From Candidatus Aegiribacteria sp. (lineage in GTDB: Bacteria > Fermentibacterota > Fermentibacteria > Fermentibacterales > JCC-6), in the NCBI GenBank assembly GCA_030594645.1, contig JAUVEU010000001.1:81405-145404 (forward strand): a DNA stretch of 64,000 nt, in the 5' to 3' direction. The notes below the pieces were generated by a model. That model was given only the letters and a program-made list of their open reading frames with translations, was not told where the DNA came from and searched no databases. How positions within the stretch are numbered: position 1 is the first letter of the stretch; each line of letters starts with the position of its first letter. A program made the position numbers and the translations under genes. Positions 55,816 to 64,000 of the stretch are shown here, in pieces.

Positions 55816-57021
55816 TTATTTGAATCCAAGCGGTGACCATGTCGGACAGTAACTCTCACCGCTCAAGGAAAGCTTTCTCACTGTGAGCCTGTTAAGTTCC
55901 AGCACGAAAACACCACGTTGTCCATCCATATCGCTGCTGAAGGCAATATGCCTTCCGGTAGGGCCCCATACAGGATCTTCATTTAGAGATCCTTCGAATG
56001 TAACCTGGCGGATGTTGGAGCCGTCAGCGTCCATGACGAATATGTGAAAATTTCTCCCGACCCGGGCGGTATATGCTATTCTGTCCCCATCGGGCGACCA
56101 TGACGGACTGTCACAGTACGAATGGGATCGAGTTGCTCTCATGGCTGTTCCGCCTGAACTGTCCATAATATAGAGCTGTGGATATCCAATTCTGTCACTG
56201 GTAAAGACAATCTGGCTTCCGTTGGGGGAAAAACTTGCTGAGGTTTCAATGGATCCTCTGAGCGTAAGACGATTGGTCTCACCGGACGCGGGGTCAAGCA
56301 CGTAGATATCCACATTACCGCCCCTGGAAAGTGTCAGTGCAATCGACTCGCCATCAGAACTCCAGGCGGGTGAGGAGTTGAGCCCCGGACTTGATAGAAT
56401 ATTCCTTGCTGAAGCATCCGAAAACCTGTAGCACCATAGATCACCATTACCGGACTGAAAGGATGTAAACGCTATTCTGTCACCATCGGGCGACCATGCC
56501 GGAGTTGTAATAACTTCATCATCCGTCATGACATGTCTTTCTGATCTGGGATCCATTGATTTGACCGCCAGAGCGTAGCTGGAACCGGTTCTGGTTATAT
56601 AGGAAATCCAGGTGGAAGCAATTCCGTTTTCTCCGGTAAGGTCATATACAAGATCATCAGCAAATGCATGTACAAGCGAGTAGACTGTACTCCCCGAGTA
56701 GTTCCTGGCCAGAAGCGCTTCCCCGCCCGAAAAAACTTCTGCCCTGAGCTCGATTCCATCGGTTGTACTCCTGACCTCAACCGTTACTTCGGCGTAACCA
56801 TCATCCTTAGTTATAAGGAGACCGGAAAAATCGATATCCTCCCGCAGCTGTTCTCTCGTTATGTCTGCAATACCTCTGTCACCGCTTACATTGATGGAAA
56901 CGGGAATGCATTCAGCGCCTACAGGTGTCATGGGAATAAAATCATCTGCCAGTACAGTTCCAATGCAGATCAATAAGAACATTAGCATGCCCGAAATCCT
57001 CATCTGTTCACTCCGGTCCAA
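55816..57021 (-). CDS. tolB: Tol-Pal system beta-propeller protein TolB.
   Basis: It has a TolB N-domain and WD-like beta-propeller repeats (SPDGDRIAF, SPNGSQIVF). 401 aa. Confidence 0.88.
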   Translation of the reverse strand: MDRSEQMRISGMLMFLLICIGTVLADDFIPMTPVGAECIPVSINVSGDRGIADITREQLREDIDFSGLLITKDDGYAEVTVEVRSTTDGIELRAEVFSGGEALLARNYSGSTVYSLVHAFADDLVYDLTGENGIASTWISYITRTGSSYALAVKSMDPRSERHVMTDDEVITTPAWSPDGDRIAFTSFQSGNGDLWCYRFSDASARNILSSPGLNSSPAWSSDGESIALTLSRGGNVDIYVLDPASGETNRLTLRGSIETSASFSPNGSQIVFTSDRIGYPQLYIMDSSGGTAMRATRSHSYCDSPSWSPDGDRIAYTARVGRNFHIFVMDADGSNIRQVTFEGSLNEDPVWGPTGRHIAFSSDMDGQRGVFVLELNRLTVRKLSLSGESYCPTWSPLGFK

Positions 57022-57721
57022 GAAATTCTATATTAATGATTGCCGGGATATTTCTTCCCGGCGGCATCGGGGGAATCTGCGCTCTTGACAATGCGCTTTC
57101 CACAGCTCTGTCAAACGCTGATGTCCCACTTTTCCTGACAACCTCAATCTCAGATGTACCATCCGGATTGACTATTAGAATTACCCTGTATGACCTTTCC
57201 GGTTCCACAGATGTTCTGTACCCTCTTCTTACTGCATTGAAAACTCTTGACTCGTATGTTCCGGGGCCTGGAGCTCCTGAGCCGGCTGCCCCTTCCCCAC
57301 TGACAGATACAAACTCTGATGCTTCAACGGGATCCTGAACCTCTGATTCCTCGTGGGCCTCATCCAGTGGCTGTTCTTCAGGAACATCTTCCACAGGATC
57401 AGGAATCTGCTCTTCTGTCTCCTGCGGATCAATTATCTGTTCTTCTGTAACTTCGGGTACCGAAACCTCAATCGCAACTTCAGCCGGGTTTTCAGCAGGA
57501 TGCACTATATCCGGAGGTGAAGATGTCATTTCATTCGAAGTTAATGTGACCATGTTTACCATAATGGCATCACCACCGCCGGGAGGCACTATTATGCTGC
57601 TCGAAGAAGTAATCAGTCCAACCACTAAAATAAGCACGTGTCCTGCTATGACAAAAATGACATCTCTACGGCTGAGGAAGTAACTTTTCCTTTCGAAAGG
57701 TCTGGAATCAGTGAATTTCAT
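57008..57721 (-). CDS. tolA: TolA/TonB-family energy transducer (C-terminal TonB-like domain).
   Basis: It has a TM anchor, an acidic Pro/Glu-rich spacer and a TonB_C-like C-terminus. The start is called at the internal ATG (MKFTDS...) just overlapping tolR. Confidence 0.65.
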   Translation of the reverse strand: MKFTDSRPFERKSYFLSRRDVIFVIAGHVLILVVGLITSSSSIIVPPGGGDAIMVNMVTLTSNEMTSSPPDIVHPAENPAEVAIEVSVPEVTEEQIIDPQETEEQIPDPVEDVPEEQPLDEAHEESEVQDPVEASEFVSVSGEGAAGSGAPGPGTYESRVFNAVRRGYRTSVEPERSYRVILIVNPDGTSEIEVVRKSGTSAFDRAVESALSRAQIPPMPPGRNIPAIINIEFLGPE

Positions 57722-58130
57722 CCGTTTCCAATCTCGATTCCTGTATAAGCCCCACATTGAGATAACCACCGCTGCCAAGTTCGGTCAGGGCGTTCGCAAC
57801 CACCTCATATCTTACATCCCTGTCTGCCCTGACAAAGGCTTCGGAACGGCCGGAATTATGAGCTGCTTCAGCAATATCCGAAAGATCCTCCAGCAGAACC
57901 TGCTCACCGGAAATGGCCAGATTGCCATAGGCGTCGATCTCGAGAACCAGTGACTCGTCGGGATCAAGGCTGCTCAGAATCCTTCCCTCATGAGAAGACG
58001 GAGGAGTAATATCCGCACTTCGCTGCATCACCGGAGATGTCAGCATGAAAATCACCAGCAAAACAATGGTGACATCCACCAGATTCGTTACATTGATTTG
58101 GGAGAACTGCTTATACCTGGTTCGTATCAT
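57708..58130 (-). CDS. tolR: Biopolymer transport protein ExbD/TolR.
   Basis: The ExbD/TolR N-terminal TM pattern NVTNLVDVTIVLLVIF is present. 140 aa. Confidence 0.85.
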   Translation of the reverse strand: MIRTRYKQFSQINVTNLVDVTIVLLVIFMLTSPVMQRSADITPPSSHEGRILSSLDPDESLVLEIDAYGNLAISGEQVLLEDLSDIAEAAHNSGRSEAFVRADRDVRYEVVANALTELGSGGYLNVGLIQESRLETDEIH

Positions 58131-58795
58131 TCAAGACTGCCTCTTCTACAGACGTCCACCAGTTCAGAAAGGAACCGATCCATATCTCCTGCAAGTGAAT
58201 TTATCCTTCCAACAACGAAGTTATGGAAAATATTTGCGGGTATCGCAGCCAGCAATCCTGCTACAGTTGTTGTCAGCGCTGCTGCAATACCAGCTCCCAC
58301 TGCGCTGAGATCAGCAACTCCAAGTTCCCTCATTCCTATAAAACTCGACAAAACCCCCCATACGGTACCAAGCAATCCAAGAAGAGGAGCTACACTTGTT
58401 ACAGTTGCAAGCAGTCCTATATTCCGCTCACGCTGGGCAAGATCCTCTCCTGCCTCCCGCTCAAGGGCGCTGGACAGGCTGGATGCTTCCTCGATAGAAA
58501 GGGGTTCTGTAATCCCTCTATCGGTTCTTCTCTGAAGAAAACGGCCCGCCTCAGCGTACATTCGCGCAAGCGGCCCTATCTCATTGTTCCTGCTCCAGAA
58601 TTCCCCACCAGGCGGTCTGCCTGTTGTCCTCAGTGCATCCATAAAGATTTTCGATGAACTGAGAATCGCTCTGAATTCCCGGATTTTCGCTATTGCAACG
58701 GCCCATGAACCAACCGAAAGGACAGCAATAATCACAAGAATGAGTTGGGTGACAATATCAGCCTGACCGACTATCTCAATAACTTTCCCTATCAA
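58127..58795 (-). CDS. tolQ: MotA/TolQ/ExbB proton channel.
   Basis: It has 3 TM helices and the conserved C-terminal region GLLGTVWG. Confidence 0.88.
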   Translation of the reverse strand: MIGKVIEIVGQADIVTQLILVIIAVLSVGSWAVAIAKIREFRAILSSSKIFMDALRTTGRPPGGEFWSRNNEIGPLARMYAEAGRFLQRRTDRGITEPLSIEEASSLSSALEREAGEDLAQRERNIGLLATVTSVAPLLGLLGTVWGVLSSFIGMRELGVADLSAVGAGIAAALTTTVAGLLAAIPANIFHNFVVGRINSLAGDMDRFLSELVDVCRRGSLE

Positions 58796-59076
58796 TACTG
58801 TTCCTCCTTCAGTGCTGCAATGGCTTCAATTTCAACAAGAGCGCCCAACGGCAGCTTCGAAACCGCGACAGCAGACCTCGCGGGAAAGGGTACCATAAAT
58901 CTCCTGGAATATATATCATTCACAATTGCTGAATCAGATATGTCTTCAAGATACAGGTTAATCTTCACAACGCTGTCCATGTTTGAACGGTCTTTCGCGT
59001 CATTCAGGCTCCTCTTTGAAATGAACATATACAGTATATACATACAAAGATACTTATCTGTTCCAATATATTTCAA
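58792..59076 (-). pseudogene. RidA (YjgF/L-PSP) family remnant; only the C-terminal ~60 aa of the domain is present.
   Basis: The C-terminal RidA signature is present (VVKINLYLEDISD..VNDIY...FPARSAVAVSKLPLGALVEIEAIA), but the N-terminal ~60% of the fold is absent. The encoded N-terminal 30 aa are unrelated, and the adjacent DNA is very AT-rich. Confidence 0.55.
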
Positions 59077-59117
59077 ATTCCTTTTCCGGTATCATCACGA
59101 TCTACAAATACTCATTG

Positions 59118-60236
59118 TTATTTTCTACTACACTTTGTACACTTCATTTGTGAATCCAGCAGTGAACCACAAATTTCGCAGACGGGCCTGCCCAGATTGT
59201 TTGCTACTGGCCGAGATACTGGAACAGCTACCCCTTGAAACAGGATTGAAAATCTGATGATAATCACTCCTAGTAAGATATATCCTATACATACATGTAA
59301 TGATAGAACAATATGACTTAGAATACTTGTGGGGTTTGCATGAATATCCCCAAAACCAAGAGTAGTCATTGTAACAATAGAAAAATAAATACTCCTTACG
59401 AATCGAAGTAAAGAACTACTCTCAATACCTCCTGAGTCCTTTATAAGCCAAGGATACAAGTAATATATTACTCCAAATATCACTGTATTTGCACAGAATG
59501 ATATTATTATCCTGATTGTAGACTGCCCATAATCACTCATGAGCCAGAATATCCTAGCTGGCCAAGATAGATATGGATGCATTTTATACCAATCCTGCCA
59601 GTGACCACGCCTTATATTTCCCTCTAATTTCATTCGGAGCCTTGGTTCAATTCGCATTGAACCTAATGCAACACCAGTAAAATCAGTGAGTCTATCGCAA
59701 TGTTTCGTCCATAGCTGTGTTTCACTATCTACTATCGCAGACTCAAAGGTAGCTCCTTCTATTCTTGATCCATTCAAATCTGCGCTTTTAATATTTGCGT
59801 CACCAAAATCTGTATCTCTTATATCGGCATAATCGAGACATACTCCTACCATCTCTGCATCAATAAATACTGCCCTCCGGAAACAAGTATTTTTAAGAAA
59901 TGCGTTATCAAGATGAGCACCAGTAAAATTTGCATCACTGAAATCACCACTATCGAGGTTACTCCATTCCATTTCGGAATACCCAAGATCTACTCCAGAT
60001 AATGTAAATCCACTTAAATCCGCAGCCTCAAGAAGAATGGAAAGAGATGATCCATTAACAGAATCGATAATTGCAGATTGTCTCCATTCATTCCATTCTG
60101 ATACATTATGCTGCACAGAACAATTTTTTAGCATTTCATACTGCTCAGGGCTAAAAAGCCTTGCAGTTCCGCAAATAGGACATACTAAGGTTTGCGCCTC
60201 AATCTCTTTAAAACAGTTCCTGCACGGAGCCCTCAA
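59118..60236 (-). CDS. Pentapeptide-repeat protein fused to a K+-channel-like pore domain, with N- and C-terminal zinc ribbons.
   Basis: The N-terminus has CxxC...CxxC. There are about 8 pentapeptide repeats (A(D/N)LSG / ANFTGAHLDNAFLKN). A TM helix, a pore helix with a selectivity-filter-like TTLGFGD and a second TM helix follow. The C-terminus has CEICG...CTKCSRK. Confidence 0.7.
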   Translation of the reverse strand: MRAPCRNCFKEIEAQTLVCPICGTARLFSPEQYEMLKNCSVQHNVSEWNEWRQSAIIDSVNGSSLSILLEAADLSGFTLSGVDLGYSEMEWSNLDSGDFSDANFTGAHLDNAFLKNTCFRRAVFIDAEMVGVCLDYADIRDTDFGDANIKSADLNGSRIEGATFESAIVDSETQLWTKHCDRLTDFTGVALGSMRIEPRLRMKLEGNIRRGHWQDWYKMHPYLSWPARIFWLMSDYGQSTIRIIISFCANTVIFGVIYYLYPWLIKDSGGIESSSLLRFVRSIYFSIVTMTTLGFGDIHANPTSILSHIVLSLHVCIGYILLGVIIIRFSILFQGVAVPVSRPVANNLGRPVCEICGSLLDSQMKCTKCSRK

Positions 60237-60525
60237 TATTCCCTCTATGATAATTTCCTCCCCAGTGTACAGTGTACATCTCAGTCAGAATATATACATT
60301 TTGCTAACAGGTGACTTTATAAAAGGAATCTTGATTTCAAAGTGTTCCGGGTATTTTCCCGAAACACCATATTCGTCCCAATAATACCTCCGATTCCTGC
60401 CTGAAACTGAGCATACTGCCCGAAACAACTACCTGTCAACAAAGCCAGCAGCAGATAATATTTCGGACCCCCACATAAGGACACACCTGCCTCCTGAAGC
60501 TGGTCACAGAGATTTCAACCGACTT

Positions 60526-60960
60526 CTATCTTCGGCATATCATCCTGCCATGGAACTGATATTCGCGAATGGAAGGGCTCGCAGACCAGCTCCAGCGGCT
60601 CTGGCGGGGGTACCTGTGATGCAGGAAATGCAGCCTGAGCATCTTCGGAACACTCCATACCCAGTGCCTGTGTGGAACAGGTCTGAAGAGTTCTTCCTCA
60701 AGGAAGATTGAAAGGTCCAACGACTTCCTCTTCGAACAGAATGGGCAGAACCCATTGCACTTGCAGGAAAAGGCCCTCAGATACTCAGCACCGCAGTCTT
60801 TGTAGCGAATCCTCTCAAAGCCGTAGTGATTATCTCCGCATTTCAGGTACTTTTCTATTACTTCATCTGTGATAGGGAGCTTCCCCTGAAACCTGTTTCC
60901 TGAGGGAGAGAAATCGTTTCATCTTCATGGAAGCTGACTGCAGTTGTCCGGGTATGGCTC
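60526..60960 (-). mobile_element. IS91-family (HUH Y2 rolling-circle) transposase remnant: an N-terminal zinc-binding region only, frameshifted and truncated.
   Basis: The translation ...HYGFERIRYKDCGAEYLRAFSCKCNGFCPFCSKRK...PHRHWVWSVPKMLR matches the IS91 transposase Zn-binding N-domain. The likely N-terminus MKMKRFLSLRKQ lies in another frame. The HUH/Y2 catalytic core is absent. Confidence 0.5.
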
Positions 60961-61144
60961 TTTGCATCTGACATATGCTGTGATAACGAGAAACAGGGCT
61001 TTCATTGAAGGCTATAAGGCCTACAGGAAGTGGAGACAAAACCGGTGAAAAGGGTGCGTACATTATATCTCTGTGAATTCATAAAGGTCGTTCAGTCACA
61101 GCGACCAGCAGGATTTCCGGCACGGCCAGGTTGTTGAGCGTGTT

Positions 61145-62539
61145 TTACCTCATCAACAGGGTGGTGAATAAACGTATCTCCGGGCGCCGGACACTTACAT
61201 CCGGGTAATCCTCGTAAATACGATCGGCCAACATGAGCTGGTATTCGGCGCCAATACTCCAGTTCTTGTTCAGGGGAACGGCCAGCCGTGCCGTGGATAT
61301 CGATATATGATGGTCGGACCGGTTTCCATTTACCGTGTGAATGAAGTTCTGCTCGTGGCTGACGGAAAGCAAATGGTGGCCGTTGCTGATGAACTCCGCG
61401 GTGAAATAGGCGGTGACACCGGGACCGTAATCGTAGTCGCGCCCGCTGAGATTCGGATAATTGCTGGTGGAAGCCCCCAGTATAATGGCGCTCAGATCCA
61501 GACAGGTGCGCAGTTCCAGTCCGGATTCGGTCTCGAAGCGTGAGAGCAGGCCCCCACCCAGGCTCTGGGAGCCGAAGTCAAATTGATTACTGTTGAAATA
61601 GTCAAAGTGATGCCAGACGGCCAGGATGTGGGAGGCGTTGTCAGTTTCACTGATGAAGGTACCGGCCAGCAGACCATTGCTCTGGACCCGACCGATCAAA
61701 CTTTTGTCGCCAAAATTCAGCTGCAGATCCAGATCGAAGTGGTCGTAGGGGCTGTTCATATCACCGAAGAAAGGATCGCCGTAGTCGAACTGAAAGTGCG
61801 TGTAGACCCGGGTGGTGTCGTAATCCCACACCATGTGTTCGCCTGTTTGACGCACGCCGATATCCATTTGTGAGCGGTAATTCAGGGCGAATCGTTCGAC
61901 GCTGTTGGGGTAGCGGCGGGAAGCGTCACCGTCGATCAAACGGTTAAAGCCGCCAACGGGATTGATGGCAAATCCGGCGATCTCCCGCCAGGTGCGCTCG
62001 CTGCCGCTGGCGCGGTTGTCCAGTACCATTTTACTGAAGCGGTGCAGTATTTCACCCATACCGGTGCCACCCATACTGGTGGCGATCCAGTCGTTCATGC
62101 TTGGATGATGGGTTTCTCCGAAATACTCCCACAGAAAGCTGCCGGCAAATGTGAAGGGAACAGACTCCCAGAACGAATAGCCGTTGCTGCGGGCAGCGTT
62201 GAAATATAGGCTGCCGTGGTACGGATGGGCGTACTGGTTTGTATCGAAGTTGTTGTCGTCCCATTCGAAACCGTTGGTCAGGTTTTCCTTCCAGCTGTTG
62301 AAACCAATGCGGAAGCCCTCCCCCCCGCCCTCTCGAATGTAGCGATTAAGGGACCAGACCAACGTGTTAATGCCTATCACTTCAACAGTCGTCCGAAGGA
62401 AGTTTTTGTCCATGAGTAAGGTATCTTCCAGGGCCGAGGGTGTGTTCCGGTTCGGGTCAATGGGCTCGGCGGCCGCTGAACCTGACGAAAACCGGCCCAG
62501 CAGGCTGACGGTGATGAGCAGTGTCGTGATTTTCTTCAT
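61145..62539 (-). CDS. Hypothetical secreted protein (DUF3943-like).
   Basis: 464 aa with a signal peptide, rich in W/Y/F/D/N. GC is markedly higher than in the rest of the window. Confidence 0.5.
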   Translation of the reverse strand: MKKITTLLITVSLLGRFSSGSAAAEPIDPNRNTPSALEDTLLMDKNFLRTTVEVIGINTLVWSLNRYIREGGGEGFRIGFNSWKENLTNGFEWDDNNFDTNQYAHPYHGSLYFNAARSNGYSFWESVPFTFAGSFLWEYFGETHHPSMNDWIATSMGGTGMGEILHRFSKMVLDNRASGSERTWREIAGFAINPVGGFNRLIDGDASRRYPNSVERFALNYRSQMDIGVRQTGEHMVWDYDTTRVYTHFQFDYGDPFFGDMNSPYDHFDLDLQLNFGDKSLIGRVQSNGLLAGTFISETDNASHILAVWHHFDYFNSNQFDFGSQSLGGGLLSRFETESGLELRTCLDLSAIILGASTSNYPNLSGRDYDYGPGVTAYFTAEFISNGHHLLSVSHEQNFIHTVNGNRSDHHISISTARLAVPLNKNWSIGAEYQLMLADRIYEDYPDVSVRRPEIRLFTTLLMR

Positions 62540-63738
62540 GAGTTAAACAGTGAGATCCCACCGAAAACATGGCCTTCGGTAGTGGATCGGGTATGGGGTG
62601 CGTACTCGAGAAAGACGGTGCTGAAACCGATACCGCCAATCAGGGAAAAACTGTTTGTAAGCCGATAATCGGCAAAAAGACGCATTTGCAGGGCATAATG
62701 CAGCTCGTCGTTAATCAGGGAATCGTCGTAGTCACCGGGGATGACATGCAGATATCCGGCATCTGCGGTGAGCCCCAGTTCAGGGCTGATCGGGAACAGG
62801 CGTCCGAAGTGCCACCCAAGGAAAGCGGAGTTCACTGCGTCGGAAGCCTGATCGGAAAACCCAAGGGAAATCACCGAGGACCAGTTGTTGACAATGGTTC
62901 GCAGTCCGATGTTGTACAGGGACAGATTGCTGGCGTACACCACACAGTTGACCCGCCCGTCATCTGTCAGGTTTACCAGACCCACGGGTACTCCGGCAAT
63001 TCGTCGGGAGATGTTGACAGCTCCAAATTGTACGCCGGACATGTCTTCGGTAATATTGAGCAGACCGATTTGAACACCTTTCAGCCGGTCTGCATAGTTC
63101 AGCATCGCTGTCTGCAGGCCGAAAGTCTCGGACCCGGCAAAATTCATGATGCCCGCCAGCTGCATTCCGCCAAAAGTCCTGACATTGACGTTAGCTATCG
63201 AACTGATCTGAAGAACTCCGCCCGAGCAATCGTTGAGATTCATCAGGCCGCTGAACTGGACACCGCGGAAACCCTTGCTGGTGTAATTCAAAATTCCTGA
63301 AAACTGGACACCGGTAAAAAAGTCCTGGTGGAAATTGACAAGGCCGGAAAACTGGATTCCGGCAGCCGGGCCCTGGTGGACCTGGACCCCGTTGTTGATG
63401 GAAATACCGGTGAAAGAGCCTCCTATCTGGCTGTAGAGCCCGGTCAGCTGTACTCCGGAAAAACGTCCTTCGGTGATGGAAACCACACCGCAGGCATCGA
63501 AACCGGTAATGTTGCCGGAGCGCCCGAAAATCAAGCCCAATCGAACACTGGTGTCAGTTTCAGGGTTGGGACTGGTGGCCAGGGGGTGAAATATTTGCAG
63601 ACTGATTGGATGGTAACCCGCGCCCAGGCAAGCCTTTGGAGCCGACATCGCGGTAAAGGCGATTACAGTGAAAAGAAAAACAGAAGCTATATTCTGTCTG
63701 AACCATCGGCACCTGTGATTTGACCTATTTTTAAGCAT
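62536..63738 (-). CDS. Secreted tandem-repeat protein of about 12 repeats of ~19 aa (consensus G-V/M-Q-F/L-S/A-G-L/I-x-N).
   Basis: Repeats include GVQLTGLYSQ, GIQFSGLVNF, GVQFSGILNY, GVQFSGLMNL, GMQLAGIMNF, GVQIGLLNIT, GVQFGAVNIS and GVPVGLVNLT. The C-terminal ~130 aa region is non-repetitive. High GC. Confidence 0.5.
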   Translation of the reverse strand: MLKNRSNHRCRWFRQNIASVFLFTVIAFTAMSAPKACLGAGYHPISLQIFHPLATSPNPETDTSVRLGLIFGRSGNITGFDACGVVSITEGRFSGVQLTGLYSQIGGSFTGISINNGVQVHQGPAAGIQFSGLVNFHQDFFTGVQFSGILNYTSKGFRGVQFSGLMNLNDCSGGVLQISSIANVNVRTFGGMQLAGIMNFAGSETFGLQTAMLNYADRLKGVQIGLLNITEDMSGVQFGAVNISRRIAGVPVGLVNLTDDGRVNCVVYASNLSLYNIGLRTIVNNWSSVISLGFSDQASDAVNSAFLGWHFGRLFPISPELGLTADAGYLHVIPGDYDDSLINDELHYALQMRLFADYRLTNSFSLIGGIGFSTVFLEYAPHTRSTTEGHVFGGISLFNS

Positions 63739-63799
63739 AGGAATATACTACTTGACAAAGAATGTTGCCGCCATTGTATCTTTCTGTTAGAATGATTAA

Positions 63800-64000
63800 A
63801 TGCACATATTTACCAAACATTGTTACGTGCGGTGGCTGTTCCCGGTGGGCCTGGTTTCTGCCCTTCTGTGTCCCGGGACCCTGGCCGATGATCATAACCG
63901 TAACGGCTGGTTCGTCGGAGTGGGCTACGGTTATGGCCGCAGCATCATCAAGGCCGGCAATGCCCAGGAGTATTCCTATCAAGACGGGGCTACTCCGCAA
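63800..64000 (+). CDS. Outer-membrane beta-barrel protein (OmpA-N / porin-like), 5' partial, running off the window.
   Basis: ATG 63800 gives MHIFTKHCYVRWLFPVGLVSALLCPGTLA-DDHNRNGWFVGVGYGYGRS, a signal peptide followed by a typical first beta-strand of small OMP barrels. The opposite-strand ORF 63731..64000 has no such features. Confidence 0.45.
   Translation, partial: MHIFTKHCYVRWLFPVGLVSALLCPGTLADDHNRNGWFVGVGYGYGRSIIKAGNAQEYSYQDGATPQ

Noticed and set aside
60540-61063. ORFs 60540..60755 and 60863..61063, considered as independent small genes.
   Set aside because: They are alternative frames of the degraded IS91-family transposase region and are better explained as a single frameshifted remnant.
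1-64000. A CRISPR array or cas genes.
   Set aside because: No run of regularly spaced direct repeats was seen anywhere. The only notable repeat is the single inverted pair at 16.2 and 20.7 kb.
63731-64000. The minus-strand 89 aa ORF at the window end.
   Set aside because: The opposite strand encodes a convincing signal peptide plus an OMP first strand starting at ATG 63800. The minus-strand translation has no features.

Overview
This is a dense bacterial chromosomal segment of about 47% GC overall, with most genes on the minus strand. Shine-Dalgarno sites are used, and many adjacent genes have overlapping stop/start codons (ATGA, TAATG, TAGTG). Two proteins carry T9SS/Por-type C-terminal sorting domains, so the organism probably belongs to the FCB-group (Bacteroidota / Fibrobacterota / candidate phyla). 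The backbone is conserved housekeeping: etfB-acd; rnc; fabF-acpP-fabG-fabH-plsX-rpmF-yceD (no fabD); phosphohexomutase; CtpA; tmk; an inositol-lipid pair (MIPS plus a CDP-alcohol phosphatidyltransferase); rsmI; an RND efflux operon with a TetR regulator; a cell-envelope sugar cluster (gmhA, rmlD, CpsB); ksgA; purA; engB; clpXP; tig; tRNA-Leu; and a complete Tol-Pal cluster. Several accessory patches are set into this backbone. The first is a GC-rich HipBA toxin-antitoxin module. The second, and most unusual, is a roughly 4.5 kb cassette (B12-binding radical SAM enzyme, small membrane proteins, a T9SS-secreted beta-helix protein, a DUF2085 membrane protein) bounded by two near-identical ~65 bp inverted elements. 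Each element sits in the 5' region of the inward-facing flanking gene, and each carries a strong hairpin and a short conserved 'M(T/S)LCCVSP' reading frame. The third is an outer-membrane gene cluster combining an HhH (ComEA-like) giant beta-barrel protein, an OB-fold-like secreted protein, two OMPs and a 5'-nucleotidase; this may be an extracellular DNA capture and scavenging locus. The fourth is a TatD-radical SAM fusion whose conserved N-terminal HCH motif lies upstream of any canonical start codon. The fifth is an AT-rich island of plus-strand secreted proteins. The last is a scarred region holding a truncated RidA gene, a pentapeptide-repeat/K+ channel fusion with zinc ribbons, an IS91-family transposase remnant and a high-GC block of secreted and repeat proteins. 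No rRNA genes or CRISPR arrays were seen.
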